Shown piece after piece: positions 1-13,189 of a DNA stretch of 63,738 bases; position 1 is the stretch's first letter; each line of letters starts with the position of its first letter. The stretch is from positions 99,729,104 to 99,792,841 of the forward strand of contig NC_068981.1 in the NCBI RefSeq assembly GCF_001194135.2. The letters run 5' to 3'. A program made the position numbers and the translations under genes. The notes beneath the pieces were generated by a model that was not told the DNA's origin, did not search any database, and saw nothing but the letters and a program-made list of their open reading frames with translations. This DNA comes from Octopus bimaculoides (lineage: Eukaryota).

Positions 1-249
1 CTGGCTTGTGCGGGTGGCACATAAAAGACACCATTTCGAGCGTGGCCGTTTTCGTGCGGGTGACACGTAAAAGCACCCACTACACTCTCTGAGTGGTTGG
101 CGTTAGGAAGGGCATCCAGCTGTAGAAACTCTGCCAAATCAGACTGAAGCCTGGTGTTGCCATCCGGTTTCACCAGTCCTCAGTCAAATCGTCCAACCCA
201 TGCTAGCATGGAAAGCGGACGTTAAACGATGATGATGATGATGATGATG
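1..249 (+). mobile_element. 3' end (3' UTR and (GAT)n tail) of a young RTE-clade LINE, cut by the window edge
   Basis: Nearly identical to the 3' UTRs that follow RTE ORF2 C-termini at 17815-18087 (+) and 19941-20180 (-). Ends in gttaaac(gat)n and retains CpGs. Confidence 0.9.
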
Positions 250-509
250 CAAGCAAAATAGTAAATTGGGGATCCACAGTAGTATTTTAAGAGTCCATGA
301 AAAAATTTTGCTTTAAATGTATTTATTGCAAGAAAGAGCTAGGTTTCTTTCTCTGATGTTTCACAGAGTTCAAATTACAAAAGTTATTGTGCAAAAAACA
401 AAGGAATGTCTATAAAACTAGTTTTTACACATTGAATGGCTTTGGAGGTCCACCAGAATAGAGTAGTAATCGAAGAAGTCCACAAGTAAAAAATGGTTGA
501 GAACCACTG
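250..509. mobile_element. Right portion of a hAT (Charlie-type) non-autonomous element
   Basis: Ends in aaaaatggttgagaaccactg (495-509), the reverse complement of a CAGTGGTTCTCAACC hAT-type terminus, and has internal g(g/a)tccac motifs. The left part is displaced by the RTE or lies outside the window. Confidence 0.55.
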
Positions 510-1118
510 GTTTAAATAAAATAACAAAATTGGTGTAACTAGTCATTTCTTGGACTGCTTCCTTCTGAGGATAGGCCTTTGCATCTGAAATATAAAAGTT
601 TTTGTAGAACTTTCTGCATTGTTAGAAACTTTCTATATTTTCTTTTTCTTTTCCTCCCATACATAATATTTTACATTGACCAGTCATGAGAGTTTAACAT
701 CCTTATTCTATTAGTTTCAACTGTATTTCAATTAGAAACTACTACTACTACTACTACTACTACTTCTTCTTTTGTATTTATTTTGTTTGTTTCTTCTCTT
801 TTTAGGTTAAAAATTTCTTTTAATACATCATAGAATTCTCCTTGTCACTCTGTTAATAAGTTGGCACATGTGTCACACTCTGTTTGCCACTGCTCTTGCA
901 TAGATCATGTTACCATAAGAGTTAGTGGCAAAGGCCTATCGATCCAGTACACATATAAAGAGTGATTTAATGACTATTAAATGAACTTTAATTAAAGTTT
1001 TATTTTGTAATTTATTGCATTTGAAATTCATTAGTTTGTGCATGTTTTTCTAGTTAGCTTTTATATTGGTAGCTTTGCTTGGACAACTATAATAGATTTT
1101 ATTATGACATATCACAGT

Positions 1119-1314
1119 AAGGTAGCAAACTGGCAGAATCAGTAGCATGCTGGGCAAAATGCTTAGTAGTGTTTCATCCATCTTTACATTCTAAGTTCAA
1201 ATTCTGCCAAGATTGACTTTGCCTTTCATTCTTTTGGAGTTGATAAATTAAGTACCAGTGAAATATTGGAGCCAATGTAATTCACTAGTCCCCAACCCCC
1301 AAATTTCAGGCCTT
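1119..1314 (+). mobile_element. tRNA-head SINE, family A (conserved central gactttgcctttcatcctttcggggtcgataaa domain)
   Basis: Head ggtagcaaactggcagaatc..., gttcaaattctgcc B-box-like motif, central domain and aaatttcaggcctt tail. Homologous to copies at 36671, 33615, 39515 and 54510. Confidence 0.8.
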
Positions 1315-1416
1315 CTGAAGTTATGATATATCATAGTTTTTGGTTTATTTCTAGTGTATCTGTATCATATATTCATATTTATTGAATATATTTATTTCTT
1401 TATGTAAGAAAATCAT

Positions 1417-1768
1417 ATCTTTTATCTTTTACTTGTTTCAGTCATTAGATGGTAGCCATGTTGGGGCACTGCCTTGAAAAATTTTAGTCAGATGAATCGA
1501 CCCACATACTTATTTTTTAAAGCCTGGTACTTACTCTATCAATCTCTTTTCCTAAAGAGTTATAGGGACGTAAACACACCAACACCAGTTGCCAAATAGT
1601 GGACAAACACACACACATACAACAGGCTTCTTTCAGCTTCCGTTAACCACATCCACTCACAAAGCATTGGTTGGCTTGAGGCTATTGTAGATGACAATTG
1701 TCCAAGGTGCCATGCAGTGGGATTGAACCCAGTATTGTGTGCCTGGGAAGCAAACTTCTAACCACACA
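1417..1768 (-). mobile_element. tRNA-head SINE, family B (CORE-like body, (TAAAAGA)n-type tail), diverged
   Basis: Colinear with the younger copies at 2748-3145 and 49789-50368. Confidence 0.8.
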
Positions 1769-1780
1769 AATTATTACATT

Positions 1781-2015
1781 CATCATCATCATCATTTAAT
1801 GTCCCTTTTCCATGCTGGTATGGGTTGGATGGTTTGACCAGAGTTAGCAAGCTGGAGAGCTGCAACCAAGCTCCAGTCTGATTTGGTATGGTTTCTACAG
1901 CTGGATGCCCTTCTCAACTCCAAACACTTCACAGAGTGTGCTTGGTGCTTTTACATGGCACTGCATGAGCGCTTCCATGTGGCATTACATGGGTGCTTTT
2001 ATAGGACACTGCACA
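1781..2015 (-). mobile_element. Older RTE-type 3' tail fragment with (CAT)n
   Basis: (cat)n followed by ttaatgtcccttttccatgctgg...gctggatgccctt, the reverse complement of the RTE 3' end. Confidence 0.75.
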
Positions 2016-2117
2016 AGTGCTTCTATATCTTAGAAATGAACCTTGAGTAAGTCAGCTGTTTGAGTGGTCTCTAGAAAGGAAATTGTGTTACATCATGAAA
2101 ATCATTTGAGACCAATA

Positions 2118-2431
2118 CAGGACTTATTCTTTGGAAGCCTAGTACTTATTCTATTGGTCTCTTTTGCTGAACCGCTAAATTACGGAGACGTAAACACACC
2201 AGCATCGGTTGTCAAGCGATGTTGAGGGGACAAGCACAGACACACAAACACACACACATATATATATATGACGGGCTTCTTTCAGTTTCCATCTGCCAAA
2301 TCCACTCACAAGGCTTTGGCCGGCCCGAGGCTATAGTAGAAGACACTTACACAAGGTGCTACGCTGTGGGACTGAACCTGGAACCATGTGGTTCGTAAGC
2401 ATGCTACTTCCCACACGGCCACTCCTGCGCC
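2118..2431 (-). mobile_element. SINE family B, tail-less near-identical duplicate of the copy at 2748-3145
   Basis: Shares private variants and 19 bp of head-side flank with 2828-3164. Confidence 0.85.
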
Positions 2432-2747
2432 TAAATATTTTTTTATTGGTGGATTAATTTAGTTCCACTGTTGCTTATTCCAGCCATTTTAAACAGCCCA
2501 AATCAGAGCTAGAGTCTATATCTAATGGAAAGGACGAGTCAACAAATGTATTCTAGTCTGACACTGAGTATTTTCAGATTGGTCTGCATCAATTCCTAAT
2601 ATTGAACTGAAGCAGTGTAGTGTAAAATACTTTATCTAGAAATACAAGGAAATACCAGAATCCTATCTGAACTTAAGTGCCAAGAGTAGGTGGCCCCAAA
2701 TTTTATCTATTCCATCATTTTACTTCTAGATGAATCAGATATACAAT

Positions 2748-3145
2748 ACTCTTTTACTCTTTTACTTGTTTCAGTCATTTGACTGCAGCCATGCTGGAGC
2801 ACCGCCTTTAGTCGAGCAAATCGACCCCAGGACTTATTCTTTGGAAGCCTAGTACTTATTCTATTGGTCTCTTTTGCTGAACCGCTAAATTACGGAGACG
2901 TAAACACACCAGCATCGGTTGTCAAGCGATGTTGAGGGGACAAGCACAGACACACAAACACACACACACATATATATATATACGACGGGCTTCTTTCAGT
3001 TTCCATCTGCCAAATCCACTCACAAGGCTTTGGTAGGCCCGAGGCTATAGTAGAAGACACTTACACAAGGTGCTATGCTGTGGGACTGAACCTGGAACCA
3101 TGTGGTTCGTAAGCATGCTACTTCCCACACGGCCACTCCTGCGCC
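2748..3145 (-). mobile_element. Full-length SINE family B
   Basis: On the minus strand it reads ggcgcaggagtggccgtgtggg (A-box-like), ccaggttcagtccc (B-box-like), CORE-like ccttgtgtaagtgtcttctactatagcctcggg, an internal (TA)/(TG) tract and a (taaaagag)n tail. Confidence 0.9.
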
Positions 3146-4299
3146 TAAATATTTTTTTATTGGTTTTCTTTGACTGGGCTGTGGCCATGCTAAGACACCA
3201 TGTTTCAAGAGTGTTAAAGACTTATAGTGATGTCAGTAATTTGCCTGATACTTATTTGATTTAATGGATGAAAGATAAAGTAATTTGACTGTAAAGGAGG
3301 TAACATATATGGATTGAAATATCAAAAGGTATTTTCATAAACACTTGGCATTCCATGTTTGTATTATACACATACAGCAGAATTTCTTTGCTAAAACGTT
3401 AAATCTGTAATATATATGTCATGAAACTCTTTGCCTTTGTAACCTACTGATTATAAACAATAAAACACACACACACAGGCTTTCACAAATTTTTTTTCTG
3501 TCAAATTGCCAAATTTCATTTACAAATTTTTGTTCCTCTGAGAGCAAGAGAGAAGACACTTGCCCAATGTGCTGCACAGGGAGACTGAACTTGGGATTAT
3601 ACTAGCTACAAAACAAACTTCTTTACCAGACAGCCCTGCCTGCACTAATAATGTTCATCATCATTTAACTCCCCCTTTTCCTCCTTTTACAATATTAAGA
3701 ATTTCACTCTTAAAACTGTGTATGACATATATATAAAAAAAACCCAAAAAACTAATATATTTTTATAGATTTATATAATCTTACTTAGGTGTAGGTATGA
3801 GAAGGTCAAATCAGACTGTTGAACGTGTGATAAATACACTTCACTTGACTTTTCTTTATACTGATGGTGCAGAAGATTGAAGCATTCATTTTCTTTGGTT
3901 AGTGGTATTTAATCAACACTGGTGATTAATGCAGTGCATTAAAAGTACATTAAGATTAAATATTTAAATCTTTCTCTTTCAACTAATTAATAAATCAAAA
4001 AGAGACTTTAAAGTAAAATGTTCACATCATTAAGAATTATGCAAACACACACATACACACACACATCTGTCTGTCTGCCCCCCCCCCGTCTCTCATTCTG
4101 AATGCATATATGTATGCATGCTCATGATTTTTTTTGAGATTTAACTTCTTAACAGAGTTCAAACTGGTTTCTAACAAAGCAACAAGACTTTTTGAGTAAA
4201 CAAAATTTCCAAGGTTTTCAAATAAGTGCACATATGTAGGTGTATGCACTTGGATTTATGTTTTGTGCGAATGTCTCTTTAGTGCTTGCGTGTGTGCAC

Positions 4300-4343
<44 letters not shown>

Positions 4344-5761
4344 CATTACTTTCAGACATGTGTCCTTGTAGATGCACACAACCAAGTGTATGCATATTTT
4401 CATCAAAAGAATCTCAGATGGAAAATCTTTGGAATGTCTTAGAAATTTTCACTGTCCCACTAATAAATTGGATCTGGAGGCTGTGCCTCAGTTTTGCATA
4501 TATGCGTTATTATGGCTGGAGTTAAGGTGGTGAAGTGGAAGAATTGTTAGAGCATTAGTAAAGTGCCTTGTGGTAATTTCACTTGGTTTTTATATGTTCT
4601 GAATATAAACCCACAGAAGACAACTTTGTTTTTCATCCGTCTGGGGTTGATAAAATAATGTATCAGTCAAGAATTGGGAAGGTAGAGGAGGCAATGTAAC
4701 TTACTATTCCCTCTCCTTTCAAAAATTTGTACCTAAATTAAAAACCATTATCCTGGCTCGAGTTTCCACATAAGCTTCTGTATGGATTACTAATTTTAAT
4801 TTATAAACTTTCAAGAGAATGTGAAATGTTTTAATTTTTATTTTTTTTACAGTGGATTTTGAAGCACACAAAGTTATAAACAGTAGCATGTAAATATTGT
4901 TTGAAAACCGTTTTGGACAGAAAAATTTAAAGGCAGCCTTTGACTTTTTCTATCCAAAAGGGTTTTTCAACCCAATATTTCAACCCTAATATTTATTGTT
5001 TTATGTGTACTTCAAGATGCAACATTCCGAAAGAGAACTAATTTTAAGATTTATCTACAAAATGAAACTTGAAATTTGGAAAAAAAATTTATGTGATGTA
5101 TGTCAGTATGTATGTGTGCACACCCACCAATTTTCCTCCTTTTTTCCACATCAAATTCCAATACAATCACAATCTGCATCACATGGAAGGTACGTGTACA
5201 AAATCTCATTTATAAATATCCATATTTCTGAAAGTTATGGGGAAACAAAGCTGGTGGGGAAGGGCAGTTGTGTAGGCATTCAACATTCCAAGCAGTTTCC
5301 CAGTCAGTCCCCATATCCATGAAATACTTCCTCATCTGCCCTGAGCATGTGGCCCAAAACTGACCAACATGAGCCGTCACCCCATCCAGAATCTCAGAGA
5401 AGAGAACAGTGTACAAGTGAAAGGGAATGCATATTGATTCCTAATTGCTGTCATCTGCGTAAAACTATAACAACTCAAATCTTAACACACATATAAGTGT
5501 GTGTGTATGTGTGTATATGTTTTTCTCTCTCTCTCATTATGGTCATGATGTTTATATGTATGCATATGTGAGTTTGAAAAGCTGAAATCAGTGACAAGAG
5601 CTTACGCTAAACCTTTTTTCCCCATAGACTCTGAGTTAATTTGCATCGTTTTCAAAAAGAATTCTATGTAATTAATAATTTTTAATAGAAAGAAATTTTT
5701 TGCAAATACTGTGACTGTACCAAGAAATTTTTCTGAAAATTTTAATTTATAAATAAATATA

Positions 5762-6490
5762 TATCATCATGATTTACTGTCCATTGTTCATGCTGGCATG
5801 GATTGGATGGTTTGACCAGAGCTAGCAAGCTGGAGAGCTGCACCAGATTCCAGTCCAATTTGGCATGGTTTCTATGGCTGGATGCCCTTCCAAATGCCAA
5901 TCCCTTTATAGAGTGTGCTGAGTGCTTTTATGTGGCATCACACAAATGTTTTTATGTGACACTGCATGGGTACTTTTACATGGTACTGCATTGGCGCTTT
6001 TGCATGGCACCACATGGGTGATTTCTTTGTGGCAGCAGCACAAGACTCTTGCAGGTCAATCTTCACCACTGGGAGTGGGGGTGTGTTTGGTCTTAACAGT
6101 TCTGCTGTGGAGCACAGGTTTTCTTAAGTACAGCAAAGTGCCAGGAATCTCAGTCCTTTGTCATCTTGCCTGAAAGGTTCAGCATCTTGAGATCACTTTT
6201 CAGCACTTCATCCCATGTTTTTCTGGGTCTTTCCACTTCCATATGTTCTATTTACTTTGAGAGATTGACATTTCTTTATGGAACTGTCAGCATCCATCTA
6301 CACTACATGACCAAACCAGTGCAGTCTTCTCTCTTGTATGCAACAACTAGTTCCTCTTATGCCTAACTTCTCTCTCAAAGCACTAGCACTCTGGTGAACA
6401 TGTACACTTATGTTACACATCCAGTAGAGCATACTAGCCTCATTCCTCTCTAACCTTTGCATGTCCTCTGCATTCAGGCCCACGTCTCAC
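5762..6490 (-). mobile_element. Diverged 5'-truncated RTE LINE (ORF2 C-terminal fragment and 3' UTR)
   Basis: ORF 6298-6483 reads MQRLERNEASMLYWMCNISVHVHQSASALREKLGIRGTSCCIQERRLHWFGHVV, homologous to 17235. (CAT)n tail at about 5763. Confidence 0.85.
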
Positions 6491-6771
6491 TACCATGCAG
6501 AATCACTGTTTGTATACATGCAACATATAATCTTCCTCTCACTCAGAGAAAGAAACCTTTCAAAGCCATCAGAAGTAACAAACAGTCCTTTGAATTTCCT
6601 CCATCCAATTCTTATTCTAGCTATCACACTCTCCATGCATTTCCCCACCACTAATAATTGCAGAAATTATCTAATACTTCTAATGAGCCACCAAAGCATT
6701 TGAAAGAATCAATTTCTTGAGTCTGTATAGTTTTTAAGGATCCTGTGAATCCTCCACATACAAACACTAAC

Positions 6772-6817
<46 letters not shown>

Positions 6818-6821
6818 CTGC

Positions 6822-6865
<44 letters not shown>

Positions 6866-7269
6866 GCTAATATATATGCCAGTATATATACAATTATCAT
6901 GATCATTGCTTTATACCTGCTTTCCATGCTGGCATAGATTGGATAGATTGTCATAGTCTGTGACAGTTCTTATTTAGAGTTATTGCTCTCTTTGACAGGT
7001 GGGAAGATAACACTTCACTCATATATCTCGTTTTTGGCTTGGTTTCTATGGTTGGAAGCCTTTTCCAACATCAACCATTTTACAGAGTGTACTGAGTACA
7101 TTTTATCATAGCATGTGCACTAGAGATGTTGCCATGTCACTGGCAAGACTAAGGTATCCATTTTCCAGAAGAAGGAGTTGAGTGTTAGGAAGATGACTCC
7201 CTAGTTATACTGGAAACATAGTATAGCAAGGAGGAAGGAGTCACTGCTATCCTTAAACACATTGGCAGC

Positions 7270-8330
7270 TTAGTACAGTTAGTGTGAAAAGAAGACATAG
7301 TGATATATAGACGAGCGATAGATGGGTGAACAATGAGAGATGGAGGTGTGATGAGTTTTCAATAATGGTAAAGTTTTTAGCCCAGCATCTGGAGTTTGTG
7401 TTTTAAAGTAATTAGCATTTCCTGAAGAGTTTGGCTTGAAGAGTTGTTGTAGAGTTTTGCTATTTTCTGCAGAAGATATAATTAGCAAGGTATGAACTTA
7501 TTATTCCCCTTACATTTCATAATTGTGGTTAACTATCCAATATGGCAGCACATATTGTTGATGTTTTCTCCAAGTTTTGTTTTTCATCTGTTCCTCTTCC
7601 ATTTAGTAATTTCATTATCATGTGCACTGTAGGTTTCTCCAAGTTGTTCTTTCAGAATAAGAGCAGTTGTGTATATGAAATGTATTAATTGTCCAGTAAT
7701 TAACATCACATGATTCCATGTGATCTCCAACAACATTAACAACTTTTAACGTAAAAATAGTTGGCTTTTTCTTTAATCTCATTAAGAATAGCCTGTCACT
7801 CTATGACAGCATAGAAAAACTGGAATGATTGTTTATGAATTGATTTCAAAATGTTCTTAAGTTGTATATATTCCACAGTCATCTCTATCGAATCAGTTAC
7901 ATGTGAAAATATAGAGAGTTCAGTGATGGTGGCAGTGGTTTGTTTACATTATTTTGGTGTTCTTTTAGGGTAGATTTTGGCTAGTTCTCAGTGTTTTGAG
8001 AGGACTGATTAGAGTTTTAATAACAATTGCTATGTGTGATAACCACTTTTTAGCAAAAAAAGATGCTTGCTGCCAAACTTGCTTTGTGGTAAAGTAGTTT
8101 AAGTTTGGATGAACTTTGCCCCAATATGTTTTTTAGCTGCTTCAAATAACCCATAGAAGGGTCATCTTGGACATTTTCATAACACTGGAGTAAATCTTGA
8201 TTTAAATGTGAAGACCAAATGAACTGAGAAGACCACTTGTCTCAAATAACTTACAGGTGTTGTAGTACTGACACTGACTGTGTTGGTATCAGTGTTAATG
8301 TTGTTACAATGTCAGTCAAGCTTATGAAAG
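7270..8330 (-). pseudogene. Highly decayed LINE ORF2 fragment (CR1/L2-like, region preceding the RT core)
   Basis: The minus-frame peptide SSAENSKTLQQLFKPNSS...LKTHHTSISHCSPIYRSS resembles the 'KAxLLxxxFxxNS...LKxCxxxIS' stretch before LINE RT domain 1. Many stops. Confidence 0.4.
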
Positions 8331-8421
8331 TAAAACTTCACATGGTGTAAGGTATATTTGGCAATCTTGTCTGAATAATACTAAGTTGGTAAGTAAAAGG
8401 TGTTTCTTTTATTTATAACAG

Positions 8422-8490
8422 AAGAAATAAACTAGTTATTGATTCAGGCAGGAAGTGTTGGCATAATTGTAGAAGAAAACATTCAAAAAG
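8422..8490 (+). other. Candidate 69-nt exon (phase 2-2; xRNKLVIDSGRKCWHNCRRKHSK)
   Basis: Acceptor tgtttcttttatttataacag, donor AAG/gtatct, only one open frame. No protein recognised. Confidence 0.25.
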
Positions 8491-9094
8491 GTATCTTTAA
8501 ACAGTTCTCTGCACCTGCATAATCTGATGATGGCACTAAGCATGAGAATGCATGTTTGTGTTTGCGTGCTTGTCTGCATGTGCGTATGTGTGAATGTATG
8601 CATGCATGTATGTATTAATACAAAAGATAACATGTTTGGATTACAATATTTTCTGTCAGGCATATTAATACCAAAATTTCCACCAAATCACCACCAAATA
8701 TAGAAGTATTGCTTTAAAAATGAAACGGCATGTGTATGTGTGTGTAGGTGACTGATGTACATGTTATTTTACATGCTTATTTTCTTTCATGTAGCATCAC
8801 ATGTGGATACACTTTTGGTGTCTGGCACGGAAATTTTAGATATTTCGTTATTGTTTCTTGTTTGTCTATTTTCAACTTGTTTGCTACTTCTACAGGTTAA
8901 TAATCTTACCAAAGAAGCAGCAAAGAAAGAAAAAAAAAAAAGGAAAATGAAATCATATTATAACTGTTTCTTTCTGTTTCACTAATATTATGATTAAAGT
9001 GAGAATGAATAGCTTTGTTCTACTATTGCTAATTGCTGTATGAAGATTGAATATGATATGTATTGCAAAGAAGAGAGGTAATAAAATAGTTGTC

Positions 9095-9102
9095 GATGGT
9101 GG

Positions 9103-9138
<36 letters not shown>

Positions 9139-9195
9139 CAATGATGATGGTGATGACAATAAGAACAATGACTATGATGATGATGATGTTGATAG
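9095..9195. repeat. (GAT/GAC)n trinucleotide microsatellite
   Basis: Direct reading; explains the poly-M and poly-S ORFs. Confidence 0.95.
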
Positions 9196-9500
9196 TGAGA
9201 GGAGAAATTAAAAATGTTAATAGCTGGTTACACAGAATATGTACCTATGTGTTTGTGTGTGTCTTTATGAAGATAAGAGAGAGAGAGTGTGTGAAGAATT
9301 AATCAAGACAGGAAAAGAAAGAGAAATTGAGAGAGAAAGCAACATTACACAGAGATGGAGAGGGGGAGGAAGAAACTGAATGTGAGAGAGAACATATGAG
9401 AGACAGAAAGCTAAAGAATTCAAAACAGTGCGAAGAAGAATATAGTGGAGTACAGAGATAGACAGATAGATAAAGAGAGAGAGAGAGACAGAGACAGAGA

Positions 9501-9544
<44 letters not shown>

Positions 9545-9740
9545 ATCAGGAAATGTACACATGTTTCTTTATAGCCAAAGGATAAAATACTCTCCTAGTT
9601 TTGAACGAAAACAAAAAAATTTGGACAAATATTTCTACTGAAGGAACTGTGTGTACCTACATTGAATACAACATACACTACAGAAAATTGCTTTATCAGA
9701 TCTACTTACGGCTTTAATCTTTCTAATTCACGTTGCACAG

Positions 9741-9874
9741 TTCTGGCTTTATTTGGCTCCATGCTATTGCAGTTGGATTTTCTCATGGAAGACTTATGTT
9801 AAGAAATGATTTATCTACAGAATTCGATTCCTAAGAACATGGCCTAGTGTTTTCCAATAACAACATCTTTGCAC
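9741..9874 (+). other. Candidate 134-nt exon (single in-frame TAA at 9832), overlapped by a minus-strand candidate first coding exon at 9786-9710
   Basis: Plus strand: acceptor ttctaattcacgttgcacag, donor CAC/gtaagt. Minus strand: ATG at 9786, MRKSNCNSMEPNKARTVQRELERLK, then CC/gtaagt. Confidence 0.25.
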
Positions 9875-10347
9875 GTAAGTAGATTGCTTTCTCTTTCAAT
9901 TATAAATAAGGAAGTTTTTGTCAGAACTGCCCCTATAATAAACTTATAACCCTGGCAACTATACCATGTGACCTGGTTTTGGCACTGTCAAGCAAGAACT
10001 AAGCCATGGCTATAAAGGGACATAACTGGTCCTCAATGTCTGACAGTATTTGTGGGGAGGGAACAATTCCTGATGAAGATGTTAACTTTCCAAATAATTG
10101 TAGTCAACTCACTTTTAATAGTGACATAGTTCTTTCTCTGTATCTAATAACAATAAAACTAAATTCCTTTGTCTTTGTGACGTTTAACAAAATTGATATT
10201 AGAAATCCTTTTATTAGGCAAGAACGCATGAAAGAGAGGTTCTAGTAAAACACAAAAATATTGACTGAGGATGACATGCTTAAAGATGAGAAATATTTTA
10301 GAAGAAATTCTTAGTCGTTTATTATTTTGAATTGCATTAGTATTAAT

Positions 10348-10482
<135 letters not shown>

Positions 10483-12299
10483 CAGAGTTTTATTCAGATA
10501 TAATGTAATAATAGAGTTTCTACATTTAAAGGTATTTAGAATAATGAAATTAAAGCTATATAAGCCATCTTAAGAGTCCCTAAACCTATCAAAGAAAGAG
10601 GAAGATAACAGCCTTTGAAGATTGTATCCAAGTATTAAAAACTACTGAAAGTAAATGAACTTTGATACATGTATTTGGAAAATGGCTAGCTTCCACAAAA
10701 TATATAGTGCTTTCTCCTACAAAATATAATAACTCAGTAGACAGGTGTTTTCTGAGATTTGATATAATGACAAAGCATACTCATTAAGGTTCAAATGCTT
10801 GTTTGCATGAGAATGCAGACTTTACTGGTACTAATACTAAATGATGGTAGTTCTACCAAAAGAAGAATATATTGTTATGTAGATATGAATATTTGGTTTT
10901 ATTTATTTTTACCATGCATGCAGTAATAATAGTGCTATATCAGCTTGCTGTGATATATAGAATTGTAGTTGTATTTGATGTATTTGGAGAATGACTTGCA
11001 TGTACTTTCATTTAAATTCAAACATATGTCTATATGATTACTATATTAGCAGTCATACAATCACAAATACATACAAAAATATTAATATTACACTCATGTA
11101 TGTTGAAATAGTAATATTAACACACACATGCATACTCCCAATGTCACACACATCTGCCAGCCAGCCAGCCTGCCTGCCTGCCTGCCTACCTACCTACCTA
11201 CCTACCTACCTACCTACCTACATCTATGAATACAAGCAGACAACATATATATCTATACCAACAAACAGATATACACATATACATAAACCTGAGCTCTGTT
11301 GCATAAACATAAACACATTTGACAAAGGTAAATAAATATTCTGGTTAAGCAGCACATGTATGTATATATATATGTTCATTTAGAAGCACATCAAGGTAAC
11401 CATTGTAATAGCTTTACATGTATGCAGAAATACTGCAGATACCACCAATATTTAAGTATATGAGTACAGCAAGTGACAGACAAAGAGTTGAGGACACACC
11501 TGCACAAGGAAATACTGCAGTATTCTACATAAGATAATGTGTTTATACCACATATGAATGTATGTGGAACAGCATATGCAGTACAATGATACAAGAAATG
11601 AAGTTAAAAATAAACTGATAGTTTGTATGTTCCTTGTTGAAGACAAACACATATTTAAAAGAGAAAGACAGATCAAAGTAAAATTTAAGAAATGGTTGAT
11701 ACTGGTTAAAGTATGTACAGACACTACCTAGAAGCTATGAAAATAAAATGTATATATGTACATATATAATTGTGTGTGTGTGTGTGCATGTGTACTGTGC
11801 ATATGTCAACAATTATCAAAAAAGGAAAACAATATAAAACATATAACTTCTACTCATATGAAAAATGTGTGTTTTCTCTGTGCATGCACATGCATGTGTG
11901 TATGTGTTTTTTGATTGCTTGATGCCTTTTGCTTGCACATTCTTGCAATGTCAATTTCATATTCTTACAAAGAAAACAAAAAGCGAAAGAAAAAATGGAA
12001 ACCTCTATTTTCTAACCTATGAAGCATTAAGTGCAGTTTAAGAAAGACTCAGAAGGGAATTAGCAGATTATATTACTAGGAATATAAGAATGAATGAAAT
12101 CAAACATCTAGAACTCAACTCAAGGCCATAATAATAATGTTTTCTTAGACTGGCAAAGACCGGAAAATAAGATGGATGGTTAGTAGTTTATATCAATCTT
12201 TAACTCTTGAGTGGTGTTTTATTTTATCAATACCAGAAGGCTGTATAGCAAAGCTGACCTCAGCAAATGATATTAACACTAACAATAAATACGATAATA

Positions 12300-12765
12300 A
12301 TTGCTTCAAAGTTTGGCACAAGGCCAGCAATTTTAGTGGGAGGGTGTTAGTCAATTTCATTGACCCTAGTACCTGACTGGTACTTCGTTTTTTGACCCCA
12401 AATGAATGAAAGGTAAAGTTGACCGTAGCAATATTTGAACTCAGAAGGTTAAGAGTCAGAAGAAATACCACTAAGCATTTTATATAATGTACTCATGATT
12501 CTGCCTGCTCATCATTCTAACGACAACAACAACAACAGCAATAATAGTAATATAAGTCTCAGATTTTGGCACAAGGCTGGCGAATTTCAGGGAAGCAGGT
12601 AAGTTAATTACATCAACTTTAGTGCTCAATTGGTACATATTTTATCAACCCTAAAAGGATGAAAGGCAAAGTTAACCTTGGCAGAATTTGAACTCAGACT
12701 ATAAAGTCAGAAGAAATGCTGCAAAGCATTTTTTCTGACATGCTAAAGCTTGCTGCCTTCACAAC
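12300..12765 (-). mobile_element. Two tandem SINE family A copies (about 12300-12520 and 12560-12765)
   Basis: Each reads tttggcacaagg...gacccc...aaggatgaaaggcaaagt...gaatttgaactcag...ctaagcatt. Confidence 0.8.
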
Positions 12766-13189
12766 AGCAACAATTTCTTTATTGTCTACAAAAGTCTAAG
12801 GATATTGAGGATAATACAAAAAATGTGATCAAAAAAGTGAGGTGGGTGGGTGTTATATTGTAATGAGCAAGAAAGAAAGTAACAACAATACATAACAATT
12901 AAGTATAAAGTCCCCAATAGTGGAGGCAGCCAGCTAGGGTCAATCAAGAAATCTAGGAGGAAATAACGATAATGTTTCCTAACATAGGTACAAAGCCAAG
13001 AGTCCTTTTCTGGATGTCATTCTTGGGTCCATAGATGCATGTTGGAAGTGGATCCATTTATTCAGCCATACTCACTACTGTCAGTCACCTTTCAATAATT
13101 TACTGGAGATTGCACACCTCTCTCTAGCCTTATATTCTTTTACAAGAGGATCATATAAAAGTTGATGAAGGCTTCCTTGTAACAAAGCT

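Noticed and set aside
3075-3145. tRNA genes at the SINE heads (also 36671-36760 and others)
   Set aside because: A/B-box-like motifs are present, but each continues into SINE body and tail and no complete cloverleaf is evident.
4410-4526. Open 39-codon segment ISDGKSLECLRNFHCP...
   Set aside because: The acceptor is weak (aaaag) and the apparent donor is the head of a decayed SINE.
8896-8985. Exon-like segment VNNLTKEAAKKEKKKRK after a good acceptor
   Set aside because: It has no donor, the basic run comes from a poly-A tract, and nothing corroborates it. A terminal exon cannot be excluded.
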